Shown here one piece after another: positions 40,231 through 51,667 of a stretch of 64,000 nucleotides of DNA (the first letter of the stretch is position 1; each line of letters opens with the position of its first letter). The notes beneath the pieces were generated by a model. The model saw nothing but the letters and a program-made list of their open reading frames with translations. It was not told the DNA's origin and ran no database searches. Position numbers and translations under genes: made by a program. Source of the stretch: an uncultured Acidobacteriota bacterium (GTDB taxonomy: Bacteria; Acidobacteriota; Terriglobia; Versatilivoradales; Versatilivoraceae); contig CAWDMN010000105.1 of assembly GCA_963803155.1 (NCBI GenBank), positions 7,601-71,600 of the forward strand, read 5' to 3'.

Positions 40231-41067
40231 TTACAAGCGTGATGGGAGAGTGGCGGGATCAACAATCCATCCTTCCAGGGAGTCTGCGATTGAGGGAATC
40301 CCCAGACGCGGCTCCTTTTGCCTCCAACTCCAGCCAGCTTGGATCGCACAAATCAATGCATCCAGGCAGTCGCCTTGGGGGTCATCAAGGAATATATTTG
40401 CCGTTATGGCGGTTTTTAGCCTGAGATCGTAATTGGTTTTTAACCAGGGAGAATGGATGGCCCGCCAGATTTGCAGACGTTTTTCTTTTGCATCGGGACT
40501 ATTGCCTCCAAGTTTTCCACTTTTTTTATAGGACGATCCAAGCCCCAGCCCGCGCACCAGCAGAGAAGGGTAGACCTCAATGGCGGTGCGAGAATCCAAA
40601 GAAGGCCGGCAGGGAATAATGGAAATATTCGTCTCGGCCAGCCGCGAGGATCCTTCATAAAACATTCGGGCTACAGGCACTCCAAACCTCATCATGGGGC
40701 TGCAAGCTCCAGCGATTTTATCAGCGACTCGAAATAAATGCTTATGCCCGGCAGGTTGTCCGCTACAAAAATTTTCCAAGGTGGCCAACCATTCTGCCTT
40801 GGACTTTGAGGTGATCAGATTCACCAATGCGGGCCAAGTCGTTGGCCAATCTTTTTTTTCAATCAGAGGTCGGGGCTGACTGAGCGGAAAATCAAAGCCG
40901 GAAATCCAGGGACCTTCGGTGTGAAGCCATGATTCAAACTTGCTCCAGGAATCCTGCCGATGAAGTCCGGCAATCGTCAAACGGTCGTCCTGAAGTATTC
41001 CCTCTGCTACACATATGGGCTTGCGACAGGAGGGAGTGCTTGTGAAGTCAACACCAAAGATTCTCAT
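40231..41067 (-). CDS. DUF429 family protein (predicted RNase H-fold nuclease)
   Basis: MRIFGVDFTS, GFDFPLS, IEVYP, DCLDALIC, EGWI. Confidence 0.8.
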   Translation of the reverse strand: MRIFGVDFTSTPSCRKPICVAEGILQDDRLTIAGLHRQDSWSKFESWLHTEGPWISGFDFPLSQPRPLIEKKDWPTTWPALVNLITSKSKAEWLATLENFCSGQPAGHKHLFRVADKIAGACSPMMRFGVPVARMFYEGSSRLAETNISIIPCRPSLDSRTAIEVYPSLLVRGLGLGSSYKKSGKLGGNSPDAKEKRLQIWRAIHSPWLKTNYDLRLKTAITANIFLDDPQGDCLDALICAIQAGWSWRQKEPRLGIPSIADSLEGWIVDPATLPSRL

Positions 41068-41376
41068 ATTCTTATGGACGTGCGACGAGAATTGATACCC
41101 CGGAATATCCATCACGCCTCGGGAAGTGGCTAGGAGGGATTCTACATGATTAAGTAACCCCGGAGGTTTGATTTTCATTCCGCTGAGAACCGCTTCATTT
41201 CGAATCAATCAAAGGTCCAATCCCGCATGATTCTCTATCCAATTTGGACGAGTCTCAACTTTAATATCCACTCATGGATTTTAAAATCATTTAATTTGCG
41301 CAAAATGTGGACCCGACGGAGTGGGGGTCTGGTTGCATTTTTTTGACAAAAAGAGAGGTTTCGTTTTCAAAATCTG

Positions 41377-41405
41377 TTGACCCTGAATGGCTTGTCTGCT
41401 AAATT
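41377..41405 (+). promoter_or_regulatory. sigma70-type promoter of thrS
   Basis: TTGACC-17 bp-TAAATT with extended TG. Confidence 0.55.
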
Positions 41406-41465
41406 TAAGCGTTTATTCTGTCTCCTCAGCTTCTCAGGTGGGGAAGAGCGGTAATAATTGAACTT

Positions 41466-43391
41466 ATGAGTCCTATGACGATCACTCTCCCGGATGGGAG
41501 CCAAAAAATGGTGGAAGCCGGAACGACGGTATTCGATTTGGCGAAATCGATCGGTAAGCGGCTGGGGGAAGCTGCGTTGGCAGGCAAAATCAACGGTCAG
41601 CTCGTGGATCTTTCCTACATTTTGAATCAAGATGCCCAAGTCACAATCCTGACCGATAAAGATCCAGAATCGCTGGAAATTTACCGGCACAGTTCTGCTC
41701 ATCTTCTCGCTTTGGCGGTCATCGAGCTTTTCCCGGGTACACAACTGGGAATTGGACCGGCCGTGGAAAATGGTTTCTATTACGATTTTTATCGGAAGGA
41801 ACCTTTTACGCCGGAAGATCTCGAAAAAATTGAACGGAAGATGAAGGACCTGATTTCTCTTGATTTGCCTTACTTGCGTGTCGTGGTTCCCAAAACTGAA
41901 GGTTTGAATCAGTTCCGCGCGATGGGAGAGGAATTGAAGTGTGAGCTGATTCTGGAAAAGGCAGGGGAGGAGTTTTCCTGCTACAAAGTTGGAAAACTGA
42001 CCGATTTTTGTTTGGGTCCGCACATCCCCTCCACGGGCTGGATCAAGGCGATTAAACTCCTGTCAGTGGCAGGCGCCTACTGGCGGGGGAACGAAGAAAA
42101 CCTGCAGATGCAGCGCATCTACGGCACTTCATTCTTTAGTCAGAAAGAGCTGGATGCGTACCTGAAGCAGCTTGAAGAAGCCAAAAAGCGCGATCATCGG
42201 CGCCTTGGGAAAGAACTGGATTTGTTCAGCCTTCAAGAAGAGTCAGGACCGGGATTGGTGTTCTGGCATCCCAAGGGGGCATTGATTCGCACGGAAATTG
42301 AAAACTTTTGGCGCGAGCAGCATCTTAAGGCCGGATATGAATTTGTATTTTCTCCGCACATCGCCAAGCTGGATCTCTGGCGGACCAGCGGTCATATCGA
42401 TTTCTACCGGGAAAATATGTATTCCGCGATGGAAATCGATAAAGTGGACTATCAATTGAAACCGATGAACTGCCCATTCCACATTTTGATCTACAAGAAT
42501 GATATGCGCAGTTATCGCGATCTGCCGCTGCGATGGGCTGAGCTGGGAACTGTCTATCGTTATGAACGTTCTGGAGTCTTGCAGGGATTGTTCCGAGTGC
42601 GAGGCTTTACCCAGGATGATGCTCACATTTTTTGCCAGCCGGAAAAGATCGAAGCGGAAATCATCGGGGTGCTTGATTTCACTCTCTACATGTTGAAGAG
42701 TTTCGGATTTGATCAATATGAAGTTTTCCTCTCCACGCGTCCAGACCATTACGTGGGGGCACCGGAGGACTGGGACCGGGCCACTGAAGCGTTACGCCGG
42801 GCCGTTGAAACCAAGGGATTGGCCTATAGTGTGGACGAAGGTGGGGGCGCATTTTACGGTCCGAAAATTGACATCAAAATCAAAGACGCGATCGGGCGTT
42901 CCTGGCAATGTACTACAATTCAATTCGACTTTAACCTGCCCGAACGATTTGACATTTCTTATATTGGCGAAGATGGAAAGGAACACCGCCCTTACATGGT
43001 TCACCGGGCTCTGCTCGGTTCCTTGGAAAGATTTTTCGGAATTCTCATCGAACATTATGTAGGGGCTTTCCCCTTCTGGTTGGCTCCAGTGCAAGTGGCG
43101 GTGATGCCCATCAGCGAGCGGCACAACTCTGCCGCGGTTAAGATGGCGGAAACATTGATTGGGGCAGGATTCCGCGCGCGGGTTGATCTGCGCAACGAAA
43201 AAATCAATGTCAAAATCCGCAAAGCCCAGTTGGAAAAAATCCCTTACATGCTCGTGCTTGGCGACAAAGAAGTGGAAAATGGAACCGTCGCCGTACGTAA
43301 CCGCTTTGAAGGGGACTTGGGAGCTTTTTCATTTGAAAAATTCCTGGAATTAATAGAGGATTTGAAGAAAAATAAGGCGGTTCGACCTTAG
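41466..43391 (+). CDS. thrS: Threonine--tRNA ligase
   Basis: TGS domain, [41 protein letters not shown]. Confidence 0.98.
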   Translation: MSPMTITLPDGSQKMVEAGTTVFDLAKSIGKRLGEAALAGKINGQLVDLSYILNQDAQVTILTDKDPESLEIYRHSSAHLLALAVIELFPGTQLGIGPAVENGFYYDFYRKEPFTPEDLEKIERKMKDLISLDLPYLRVVVPKTEGLNQFRAMGEELKCELILEKAGEEFSCYKVGKLTDFCLGPHIPSTGWIKAIKLLSVAGAYWRGNEENLQMQRIYGTSFFSQKELDAYLKQLEEAKKRDHRRLGKELDLFSLQEESGPGLVFWHPKGALIRTEIENFWREQHLKAGYEFVFSPHIAKLDLWRTSGHIDFYRENMYSAMEIDKVDYQLKPMNCPFHILIYKNDMRSYRDLPLRWAELGTVYRYERSGVLQGLFRVRGFTQDDAHIFCQPEKIEAEIIGVLDFTLYMLKSFGFDQYEVFLSTRPDHYVGAPEDWDRATEALRRAVETKGLAYSVDEGGGAFYGPKIDIKIKDAIGRSWQCTTIQFDFNLPERFDISYIGEDGKEHRPYMVHRALLGSLERFFGILIEHYVGAFPFWLAPVQVAVMPISERHNSAAVKMAETLIGAGFRARVDLRNEKINVKIRKAQLEKIPYMLVLGDKEVENGTVAVRNRFEGDLGAFSFEKFLELIEDLKKNKAVRP

Positions 43392-43479
43392 ATTGCCGCC
43401 AAAAAGGTGTTCGAGGTTGGATTGCGCAATTTCACCGGGCAGGAATAAATGCCTGCCCTATTGAATAGGAGGTGTTTTT

Positions 43480-43992
43480 ATTAATAACCGGAACATCAGA
43501 ATCAACGACCGGATCCGCGTTAGAGAGGTCCGTGTGATTGATGAGGAGGGACAGCAATTAGGCATCATGGCTCCCACGGAGGCGATGCGGATTGCTCGTG
43601 AGCGGGACCTCGACCTGGTGGAAATTTCTCCCACGGCTCAGCCGCCGGTTTGCCGGATCATGAATTACGGCAAGTACCTCTACGAGCTCAACAAGAAATC
43701 TCATGAGACTCGGAAGAAACAAAAAGTGATCCAGGTAAAGGAAATCAAATTCCGCCCTTCGACGGATGAGCATGATTACGCCTTCAAGAAGAACAACATC
43801 ATCCGGTTTTTACAGGAAGGTGACAAGGCAAAAGCCGCCGTCATGTTCCGGGGCCGGGAAATGGCTCACAAAGAAATCGGCCGGCAGCTTTTGGCCCGTC
43901 TCACCGTGGAATTGGCCGAACATGCCGTTGTCGAATCACAACCCCGAATGGAAGGAAACCATCTGTTTGTGATCCTCGCGCCTAAGAAATAG
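43480..43992 (+). CDS. infC: Translation initiation factor IF-3 (ATT start)
   Basis: SD GGAGGTG then in-frame ATT at 43480: [24 protein letters not shown]...KEIKFRP. Confidence 0.95.
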   Translation: MNNRNIRINDRIRVREVRVIDEEGQQLGIMAPTEAMRIARERDLDLVEISPTAQPPVCRIMNYGKYLYELNKKSHETRKKQKVIQVKEIKFRPSTDEHDYAFKKNNIIRFLQEGDKAKAAVMFRGREMAHKEIGRQLLARLTVELAEHAVVESQPRMEGNHLFVILAPKK

Positions 43993-44258
43993 TGGCGGGG
44001 ACAGGTTTGGGCTTCCAAAAAATCAGAGGGAGTAGTTTGTACTTTGAGATTGGGGAATTGAACTGGCATGTCGACGCCGGAAAAAGACTGTTCGTTCCCG
44101 GTATCATCCAAAGCCAATTGGAGCAGGGATTGCGCGAGAGGACGCGATTGCCGAACTCGCTGTTTGTCATGATGATTTTTAAAGGTGGGGCGGTTCGGCG
44201 AACCACTCAGGCCGTAAGTTCTGCAATTGGCTCATAATTTTATTTTTGGTGAAGGAGA

Positions 44259-44462
44259 TTGGATGTGTTGAAACAGAAGACTCATAAAGGAGCTGCCAAA
44301 CGTTTTAAAGTTACAGCTACTGGAAAAATCAAGCGGGGCCATTCCCATGCCCGGCATATTTTAACCAAGAAAACCACCAAGAGAAAACGGAAGCTCGATC
44401 AAAATGGTCTGGTTAGCGCGGCTGATTCGGACAATGTCCATCGAATGCTTCCTTATGCTTAA
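44259..44462 (+). CDS. rpmI: 50S ribosomal protein L35
   Basis: [19 protein letters not shown]; true start may be GTG 44265. Confidence 0.96.
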   Translation: MDVLKQKTHKGAAKRFKVTATGKIKRGHSHARHILTKKTTKRKRKLDQNGLVSAADSDNVHRMLPYA

Positions 44463-44551
44463 ACTATGCGTCGCAGGTTGCGGAAATCTAAGAGTGCCCC
44501 GGAAGTATTGATTCGGGGAAAAGTTTTTTTTCAAGATAAGGAGAGTTCGCA

Positions 44552-44908
44552 GTGCCCAGAGTAAAACGTGGAACCAGCCGGAGAGACCACCGGCATAAGA
44601 TTTTAAAGTTAGCTAAAGGATATCGGGCTACCAAAAGCAAACTTTATCGGTCGGCCGAGGAATCGATACACAAGGGGTTGAAGTACGCCTATCGTGATCG
44701 TCGCGCCCGAAAACGTGATTTTCGCCGACTTTGGATTGTCCGGATCGGCGCTGCCGCCAAATTAAACGGCCTTTCATATAGCCGCTTTATCAATGGATTG
44801 AAAAAAGCCGGCATTGAACTGGATCGCAAGATTCTGGCCGACATGGCGGCGAACGACGCACAAGGATTTACTCAATTGGCGGATAAGGTCAAATTAGCTG
44901 TTGCTTAA
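44552..44908 (+). CDS. rplT: 50S ribosomal protein L20
   Basis: MPRVKRG...[19 protein letters not shown]. Confidence 0.98.
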   Translation: MPRVKRGTSRRDHRHKILKLAKGYRATKSKLYRSAEESIHKGLKYAYRDRRARKRDFRRLWIVRIGAAAKLNGLSYSRFINGLKKAGIELDRKILADMAANDAQGFTQLADKVKLAVA

Positions 44909-45024
44909 GAAAAAAAACTTGGCATTGTGCTGACAAAAGATAAGGCGTCAACGGTCTTTATTTCCTATGCGAATTAGCTGAAGACGGCTCTGTTTCGCTC
45001 ATACGATAATTTACCGTGGGAAAC

Positions 45025-45051
45025 AAAAATGGGGCGTAAAGCCCCATTTTT
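45025..45051 (+). terminator. Intrinsic terminator after rplT
   Basis: AAAAATGGGGC-GTAAA-GCCCCATTTTT. Confidence 0.7.
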
Positions 45052-45080
45052 CTTATGCCTTGCCGGATGGGAAAAAATCC

Positions 45081-46109
45081 ATGCTGGAACTGATTGAAAA
45101 AATCGAGGCTGATTATGCGGAAGAATTGGGGAAAGTTGATTCAATAGGCCAGCTCGCCGCCGTGCGCGACAAATATCTGAGCCGGAAAAATGGCGCCCTG
45201 TCTCAATTGATGAAGAAGCTGCAAACTGTTCCGGCTGAATCTCGTCGCGAATTTGGACAGCGGCTCAATCTGTTGAAGGGCACCATTGAAACGGCATTGT
45301 CCGACAAAGAAACCTGGCTCTCCGCCCAGACTCTTCATGCCCGCTTGAAAGCAGAAAAGATTGATATCACTCTGCCGGGAGTTGGCCATACGGCAGGGTA
45401 CATTCATCCATTGCGTCTAGTCCGGCAGGAAATTGAAGATATCTTCTATTCGATGGGATACAGCATTGAGGATGGGCCGGAAATTGAAGCCCCTTATTAT
45501 AATTTTGAGGCTTTGAATATCCCTGACCACCATCCAGCCCGGGATCCGCAGGACACTTTTTACATCAATGATTCATTATTGCTTCGTACGCACACTTCTC
45601 CCGTTCAAGTCCGAACCATGGAAAAGCAGCGTCCCCCCTTGCGCATCATTTGCCCCGGCAAAGTCTATCGCCACGACAATCCCGATGCAACACATTCCCC
45701 CGTCTTCCAACAGATTGAAGGATTGGCCGTGGATGAAGGGATTAGTTTCCGGGAGTTCAAGGGAACATTGGAACATTTCCTGAAAGCTTTTTTTGGCGAA
45801 AAGATCCGGGTGAGGTTTCGTCCCAGTTACTTTGCCTTTACGGAACCCAGCGCTGAAGTAGACATTTCCTGCATTTTTTGTGGAGGCAGCGGGTGCCGCA
45901 TCTGCAAGATGAGTGGCTGGATCGAGGTGTTGGGGGCCGGAATGGTTGATCCGGCTGTCTTCCAATACGTGGGATATGATCCTGAAAAATACACGGGCTT
46001 TGCCTTCGGATTGGGTGTCGAACGGTTTGCCATGGTGAAATACTCAATCACTGATATTCAACATTTCTATCAGGGAGATTTGAGATTCCTCGAGCAGTTT
46101 TCGGGGTGA
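45081..46109 (+). CDS. pheS: Phenylalanine--tRNA ligase alpha subunit
   Basis: HPARDPQDTF, LLRTHTSPVQ, FRPSYFAFTEPS, GFAFGLGVER. Confidence 0.98.
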   Translation: MLELIEKIEADYAEELGKVDSIGQLAAVRDKYLSRKNGALSQLMKKLQTVPAESRREFGQRLNLLKGTIETALSDKETWLSAQTLHARLKAEKIDITLPGVGHTAGYIHPLRLVRQEIEDIFYSMGYSIEDGPEIEAPYYNFEALNIPDHHPARDPQDTFYINDSLLLRTHTSPVQVRTMEKQRPPLRIICPGKVYRHDNPDATHSPVFQQIEGLAVDEGISFREFKGTLEHFLKAFFGEKIRVRFRPSYFAFTEPSAEVDISCIFCGGSGCRICKMSGWIEVLGAGMVDPAVFQYVGYDPEKYTGFAFGLGVERFAMVKYSITDIQHFYQGDLRFLEQFSG

Positions 46110-46115
46110 AAAGAC

Positions 46116-46305
46116 AGTGAATAGTGGATAGTGGTTCGTGAATAGTGGGCTGTGTTAAACAAAGAGTAAAGGGGTTGTGGTATTTCAGTTGGTCTCATTC
46201 CTCGCGCTCGTTTCCTGCAACCATTGAACCCGCGGACGGGTATCAATAGATTATCAATTGCTTTTTTGCTGACTGCTGATTGCTGACTACCATTCACTAT
46301 CCACT
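46116..46305. repeat. Gene-less heptamer inverted-repeat hairpin between pheS and pheT
   Basis: AGTGAAT AGTGGAT AGTGGTT CGTGAAT AGTGGGC ... TGCTGAC TGCTGAT TGCTGAC ... ATTCACT ATCCACT. Confidence 0.75.
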
Positions 46306-46328
46306 AAAATAATTGCGGTCTCATAAAA

Positions 46329-48401
46329 ATGAAAGTCTCTTACCAGTGGTTAAAAGAATTTGTCTGTTTTGATGCCTCTCCACGTCAATTGGCCGATGCC
46401 TTGACCAATTCCGGCACGGTCGTTGAGACACTGCAAACTTCCGCGGATGATACTATTTTGGATTTGGACTTGACTTCCAACCGCCCCGACTGCTTGAGCC
46501 ATCAGGGAGTAGCGCGGGAAGTCTCGGTTATCTATCAGAAACCGCTCCAGAAGATCCTTCCCGTGGTGGAGGAAAAATCTGAGCCTGCTTCGAGCCGTGT
46601 TTCCGTGGAAATTGAAGCTCCTCATCTTTGTTCGCGGTATTGTGCCCGGGTGATTCGAGGATTGAAAGTTGGCCCATCCCCCCAATGGCTGGTCCGTCGC
46701 TTGGAGGGGCTGGGACAGCGCTCCATCAACAATGTTGCCGATCTTACCAATTATGTTCTGCTGGAAATGGGACATCCCCTCCATGCCTTTGACTTAGCCA
46801 AAATTCGCGGGGGGAAAATCATTGTTCGTGAAGCTCGCTCTGGGGAAAAGATGTTTACTTTGGACGGCGAAGAACGGGTGCTGCCGAAGAGTATGTTGGT
46901 TATTGCGGATGCGGAGAAGCCGGTGGCTTTGGCCGGGATCATGGGCGGCCTGGAAAGTGAAATCAGTTTTTCCACGACGGATGTGTTGTTGGAAAGCGCT
47001 TGGTTTGATCCCATTTCCATTCGGAAGAGTTCGAAACAGCTGGGCCTGCATACAGAGGCGTCTCATCGTTTTGAACGGGGTGCCGACATTGAAGCCACCA
47101 TCCCGGCCATCGACCGGGTTGCCCAGCTCATCCTGAAGGAGGCGGGCGGCGAGCTGTTGCGGGGGATCGTCGACTGTCATCCCCGGCCTCTTCGCCGTGA
47201 GCCGGTTTTGTTGCGAAAATCCCGGGTCGAATCGGTCATGGGAGTGACTTTCGCGGAGACTCTCATTGAAAGAATCTTGAGCGCGCTGGAATTTCCAATC
47301 CTCGAAAAAAGAGCGGATGGATGGATTGTGGGACTTCCCAGTTTCCGCCTGGATGTGGAAAGGGAAATTGACTTGGTAGAAGAGATTGCCAGGCACTACG
47401 GGTACGATCAATTTCCTTCAGCCTTGCCCAAATGGAGCGGCTGGGGAAAGCGTCGCCCTGAATCTGCCCGTCAATCCGCGATCCAGGCTCGCTTGCGGGG
47501 ACTTGGTTATCATGAAACCTTGAGCTACTCCTTTGTCGATGCTTCGGAAAATCTGCGTTTCAGCCAATTGGACACGGTGCGAATTTCCAATCCCCTCTCT
47601 TCGGAAATGGAGGTAATGCGCACTTCGCTGGTGCCCGGGCTTTTCCAGTCTCTGCTGCGAAATTACAACCGCGGCATCAAGAATGCCCGGCTCTACGAAT
47701 TGGGACGGATTTATTGGTGGAAGGCGGAAGGGGTATCTGAGGAAGAACCGCATTTGGGATTGATTGCCACAGGCCGCGAGGTAGAAAAACAGCTTCATCA
47801 GGCGGGACGCGACTTCAGTTTTTACGATTTAAAAGGAGATGTGGCAAGTCTTCTCGCCGCGCTCCAACTTCCCGCGGTGGAATTGGAATTTCGCCGTCCT
47901 CGACCCCTGTCCATAGCCTCTTTGAAGACCGAAATATTTCACCCCGGGGTGAGCGCCGAGATTTGGCGCCGAAAGCAGTGTTTGGGGATTCTTGGACAGC
48001 TCCATCCCACTCTGGTGGACTCGTACAAAGTGAAGCAGGATGTGTTTGTAGCTCTTTTATCGTTGGGGACGATTTTTGAAACGGAGAGCAAGGAAATTCA
48101 ATTCCGGGAAATTCCACGATTTCCAGTCGTGCAAAGGGATTTGGCTTTGGTCATTCCTCATGAGGTAGAATATAAACAGATAGAACAAAGCTTGAGTGCG
48201 GAAGAGATCCCCGAATTGCGGGAATTTGCCCCTTTCGATCTATATGTGGGAGAAAAACTTCCGGCGGGGAAAAAGGGGCTGGCGATCAGCCTGTTCTATC
48301 AGGCCCCGGACCGGACTTTGCAGGAAGAAGAGGTCAACCGGCTTCAGGAGCGGGTGCTAACCATCCTGCATTCCCATTTTGGAGCGGAATTGAGACGTTA
48401 G
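46329..48401 (+). CDS. pheT: Phenylalanine--tRNA ligase beta subunit (short form lacking the B2 OB domain)
   Basis: [11 protein letters not shown]3/4, [18 protein letters not shown] (RDLAL...DRTL). Confidence 0.97.
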   Translation: MKVSYQWLKEFVCFDASPRQLADALTNSGTVVETLQTSADDTILDLDLTSNRPDCLSHQGVAREVSVIYQKPLQKILPVVEEKSEPASSRVSVEIEAPHLCSRYCARVIRGLKVGPSPQWLVRRLEGLGQRSINNVADLTNYVLLEMGHPLHAFDLAKIRGGKIIVREARSGEKMFTLDGEERVLPKSMLVIADAEKPVALAGIMGGLESEISFSTTDVLLESAWFDPISIRKSSKQLGLHTEASHRFERGADIEATIPAIDRVAQLILKEAGGELLRGIVDCHPRPLRREPVLLRKSRVESVMGVTFAETLIERILSALEFPILEKRADGWIVGLPSFRLDVEREIDLVEEIARHYGYDQFPSALPKWSGWGKRRPESARQSAIQARLRGLGYHETLSYSFVDASENLRFSQLDTVRISNPLSSEMEVMRTSLVPGLFQSLLRNYNRGIKNARLYELGRIYWWKAEGVSEEEPHLGLIATGREVEKQLHQAGRDFSFYDLKGDVASLLAALQLPAVELEFRRPRPLSIASLKTEIFHPGVSAEIWRRKQCLGILGQLHPTLVDSYKVKQDVFVALLSLGTIFETESKEIQFREIPRFPVVQRDLALVIPHEVEYKQIEQSLSAEEIPELREFAPFDLYVGEKLPAGKKGLAISLFYQAPDRTLQEEEVNRLQERVLTILHSHFGAELRR

Positions 48402-48513
48402 TTGCTTGAGAAAAAATGGGAGAGATGCCCTGCAGGTGTGGCACCTAAGGCAATCTCTCCTGGAATTCATGAAATATTCAATTTATGTTGCTGCTCGGAT
48501 CCTCTTGCATAGG

Positions 48514-48594
48514 GTAGCCACGTTGAGCGTATTCCAGCGAGCCTTGGGTTGGGCCAGGCTCCACGCTTCGTAAAATGCACTCAGCGTAACCACC
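48514..48594. repeat. GTAG-type REP doublet (degenerate)
   Basis: GTAGCCACG start; the reverse complement of CTCCACGCTTCGTAAAATGCAC matches GCGCATTTTGCGAGGCGTGGAG of the 24971 element. Confidence 0.6.
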
Positions 48595-48658
48595 ACAGGC
48601 ATGGGTGCTGAGTAATTGTCATTAATAAAAATATTATTATTTTGACAAGGTTCCCCTC

Positions 48659-48937
48659 GTGAACGAAGGATTCGAAAAATTTGTCCAATTGGAAAACCGG
48701 ATCTACCGGATTATTGAAGTACATAAGGCCACCCGAGTTCAAAAAGAGGCCCTGGAAAAAGAGTGTCAAAAATTGAAGCTTCAACTCGATCAGGCTCTGC
48801 AAGAGAATCAGCGCCTAAGAGACGAAATGCGGGAAGCTGGAGAAGACCGGCAGTTGGTGCGCGACAAAGTTGAAACGCTTTTGGCCCACCTCGACCAACT
48901 CGGAATGACTGATCTTCCGGACGGCCCCGTCTCTTAG
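48659..48937 (+). CDS. ZapB-like coiled-coil cell division protein
   Basis: Short coiled coil directly upstream of zapA. Confidence 0.65.
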   Translation: MNEGFEKFVQLENRIYRIIEVHKATRVQKEALEKECQKLKLQLDQALQENQRLRDEMREAGEDRQLVRDKVETLLAHLDQLGMTDLPDGPVS

Positions 48938-49049
48938 GTGTTTTGGTTGAGATCTAATGCGGGTTGCTCCCTTTGGGGGAGGACCGTTGAAATAGTCCAG
49001 AATAAGAAACGGAAATCCCGGAGATTGAAGAGGGGCAAAAGGAGGTGCC

Positions 49050-49343
49050 ATGGACGCTCCGGATCAACTGACTCAAGTTGAAATTTTTGGAAGGACTTAC
49101 CCGATTCGCGCTGGGGTTGAATCTGAATACCTTCGCCGCCTGGCGGCCTTTGTCGACAAGAAAATGAACGACATGTCCCGGGGGATGAAGACTGTTGATC
49201 CCCTGAAAATTGCCGTCATGACCGCGCTGGAAATTGCTGATGAGTTGCACCAGGAGCAGGAAAGGGTCCGCCGCCTCGATTCCATGGTTTACGATAAGAG
49301 CTTGGAATGTTCCCGTCAGCTCGATCAAGTTTTGAGAAAGTAG
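49050..49343 (+). CDS. zapA: Cell division protein ZapA
   Basis: VEIFGRTYPI...LAAFVDKKM...IAVMTALEIADEL. Confidence 0.92.
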   Translation: MDAPDQLTQVEIFGRTYPIRAGVESEYLRRLAAFVDKKMNDMSRGMKTVDPLKIAVMTALEIADELHQEQERVRRLDSMVYDKSLECSRQLDQVLRK

Positions 49344-49394
49344 TCCTCTGGACCTCTGGAATCAAATCCGATTTTTCTTTTATCGCAATTCTTC

Positions 49395-49423
49395 TTGACC
49401 CCGCCCAAAGGCCGTGGTAGAAA
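49395..49423 (+). promoter_or_regulatory. sigma70 promoter of 6S RNA
   Basis: TTGACC-17 bp-TAGAAA with extended TG. Confidence 0.6.
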
Positions 49424-49427
49424 AGAA

Positions 49428-49600
49428 TTACCCTGCGATGTGCGTCAGGGTGCGATGTGTTTGAACCAACACCAAACACAAGGGAGCCCGTCCCTCGATA
49501 CGGTGTGCAAGCTTCCCAGCTGAAGCTTCCTAAAGTATGATATGGGCGCCCACCTGGTTACCAGGTTTGAACGTAGCACCCAACGGCAAAGCGGGGTTCT
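49428..49600 (+). ncRNA. ssrS: 6S RNA
   Basis: Canonical zapA-6S-rny position; ends ACCCTGC/GCGGGGT pair; GGGTGC/GCACCC stem; TTGAACC and GGGAGCCC/GGGCGCCCACCTG segments; about 175 nt. Confidence 0.85.
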
Positions 49601-49821
49601 TCCTTTTTTTGGCATTTTCTCTCTTTCCCTCCTTTTAATTCCTAACTCACTGTTCTATAATCAATTTGCCTGAACTTGGGCAAAACCAAGTATTTCATAT
49701 ATCTCGGGTGAGAGTATGTTCTGGTTAACGTTGATTTTTTTTATTTTTGTTTTTGGCGCCTCTCACCCTGCAAAGGCCCGGAGGTTTAATCTCGCGGGTT
49801 TACAAACATATAGGAGCGACT

Positions 49822-51384
49822 ATGCAACCCCTGGTTTATATCGCCTTAGCAGTGGCAGTGGTCTTCCTTTCCCTTCTTGCCTTCCTGTTGGTGAGGGCGC
49901 GGCATACCTTAAATGCGATCAAAGCGGCCGAACGGACTGCTCAAAAAATTATCGCTGAATCCAAGAAAGAAGCTGAAAACATCAAGAAGGAAGCGGCTCT
50001 TGAAGCCAAAGATAAAATCCTGGGATTGAGAGCGGAGGTTGACAAACAGACCAAAGAAAGAAAGCAGGAATTGCAGGGGCTGGAAAAAAGGCTCACGCAA
50101 AAAGAAGAGCAATTGGAACGAAAAGACAATGTCATGACCCAGAAGGAAAGGGAAATGACCCATAAAGAGCGGCGTCTCCTTGATAAGGAACGCCTGCTGG
50201 CCCAGGATGAGAAGCGGGTCAAGGACCTTTATCAGGAACAAAAACATCAGCTCGAAATTATTTCCGGCATGACGGCGGATGAAGCCAAAAAGGTGCTCAT
50301 CAAACAAATTGAAGGAGACGCCCGTAAGGATGCCGCTTTTATTGTGAAGCGGATCGAAGAGGAAGCCCGGGAGAAAGCTCAACAAGAAGGCAAAGAAATC
50401 ATTACCACCGCCATCCAGCGCTGTGCCGGCGAACATGTCGTGGAGACCTCCGTATCCGTCGTGGACCTCCCCAGCGACGAAATGAAGGGCCGTATCATCG
50501 GAAGGGAAGGGCGCAATATCCGGGCTTTGGAAGTGGCGACGGGAGTGGATTTGATTATCGACGATACCCCGGAAGCCATCATTGTTTCCGGATTTGATCC
50601 GATTCGGCGCGAAACCGCCAGATTGGCCATCGAGAAATTGATAGTGGATGGCCGGATCCATCCTGCCCGGATTGAAGAAGTGGTGGAAAAAGTCAAGAAG
50701 GAACTGGAAGTAAAAATCCAACAGGAGGGGGAAGCCGCCGCCTTCGAATTGGGTATTCATGATCTCCATCCGGAATTGATCAAGATGCTGGGACGGCTGA
50801 AATACCGCACCAGCTATGGACAGAATGTGCTGACCCACTGTAAGGAAGTTGCCCTGCTGGCTGGGGTCATGGCGGCGGAAATAGGGGCAAATGTTGCGGT
50901 GGCCAAACGGGCTGGGTTGATTCATGATATTGGCAAAGCCATCGATCGCGAAGTGGAAGGGACTCATATCCAGTTGGGAGTCCAGTTGGCCCGCAAACAT
51001 GGCGAGGCGGAAGAAGTCATCCATGCCATAGAGGCTCACCACTTCGACGTCGAATTCCGCACCTTGGAAGCTCAGCTCGTCCAAGCGGCAGACTCCCTTT
51101 CCGCCGCCCGCCCCGGAGCACGGCGGGAAATCCTGGAGACTTACATTAAACGGCTGGAGAAGCTCGAAAATCTTGCCGATTCATTCGAAGGGGTATCCAA
51201 GTGTTATGCTCTTCAAGCGGGGCGGGAGATTCGGGTGATGGTGGAGAGCGATAAGATAAGCGACGAGCAAGCTTTCTGGCTGACCAAGGATATTGCCCGG
51301 AAGATTGAAAATGAATTGCAGTACCCCGGCCAGATCAAGGTGACCGTAATCCGCGAAATGCGGGTTGTAGAATACGCCAAATAG
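49822..51384 (+). CDS. rny: Ribonuclease Y
   Basis: N-terminal TM, coiled coil, KH ([13 protein letters not shown]), HD (IHDIGK); SD AGGAG before ATG 49822. Confidence 0.97.
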   Translation: MQPLVYIALAVAVVFLSLLAFLLVRARHTLNAIKAAERTAQKIIAESKKEAENIKKEAALEAKDKILGLRAEVDKQTKERKQELQGLEKRLTQKEEQLERKDNVMTQKEREMTHKERRLLDKERLLAQDEKRVKDLYQEQKHQLEIISGMTADEAKKVLIKQIEGDARKDAAFIVKRIEEEAREKAQQEGKEIITTAIQRCAGEHVVETSVSVVDLPSDEMKGRIIGREGRNIRALEVATGVDLIIDDTPEAIIVSGFDPIRRETARLAIEKLIVDGRIHPARIEEVVEKVKKELEVKIQQEGEAAAFELGIHDLHPELIKMLGRLKYRTSYGQNVLTHCKEVALLAGVMAAEIGANVAVAKRAGLIHDIGKAIDREVEGTHIQLGVQLARKHGEAEEVIHAIEAHHFDVEFRTLEAQLVQAADSLSAARPGARREILETYIKRLEKLENLADSFEGVSKCYALQAGREIRVMVESDKISDEQAFWLTKDIARKIENELQYPGQIKVTVIREMRVVEYAK

Positions 51385-51417
51385 TGCACGGCGGAAACAG
51401 GATGCCCAGATCCAGCG

Positions 51418-51448
51418 GACCTCGCAGGTCCTCAAGACCTGCGAGGTC
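51418..51448. repeat. 13-bp perfect hairpin, same family as 18165-18193
   Basis: GACCTCGCAGGTC-CTCAA-GACCTGCGAGGTC versus ACCTCACAGGTCT-CCG-AGACCTGTGAGGT. Confidence 0.7.
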
Positions 51449-51667
51449 TATCTAGAGCATGAAGATGGACCGATGGAAGCGACTTGACCTTAGGCCGTCG
51501 CGGCATGTTTGGCAACGCCAAACGAGGTGGTGCGCCCCGTTTCCATCGACGCTATTTACTTAAGATTGAATCAAGGCGGCTTTTTGGATCAATCGTCGAC
51601 AAATTCGAGGCTGCACAGCCAAAACTCGCGTTAATCCCCTGCCAGTCCGCCGGGTAACTCCATAAAC

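Noticed and set aside
41210-41465. T-box riboswitch upstream of thrS
   Set aside because: The predicted promoter leaves only ~55 nt of leader, and no T-box consensus or terminator is visible.
43480-43482. ATT start codon of infC as a novelty
   Set aside because: This is a well-established autoregulatory feature of infC.
49909-51084. 391-aa minus-strand ORF
   Set aside because: Entirely antisense to the highly conserved rny; typical codon-bias shadow.
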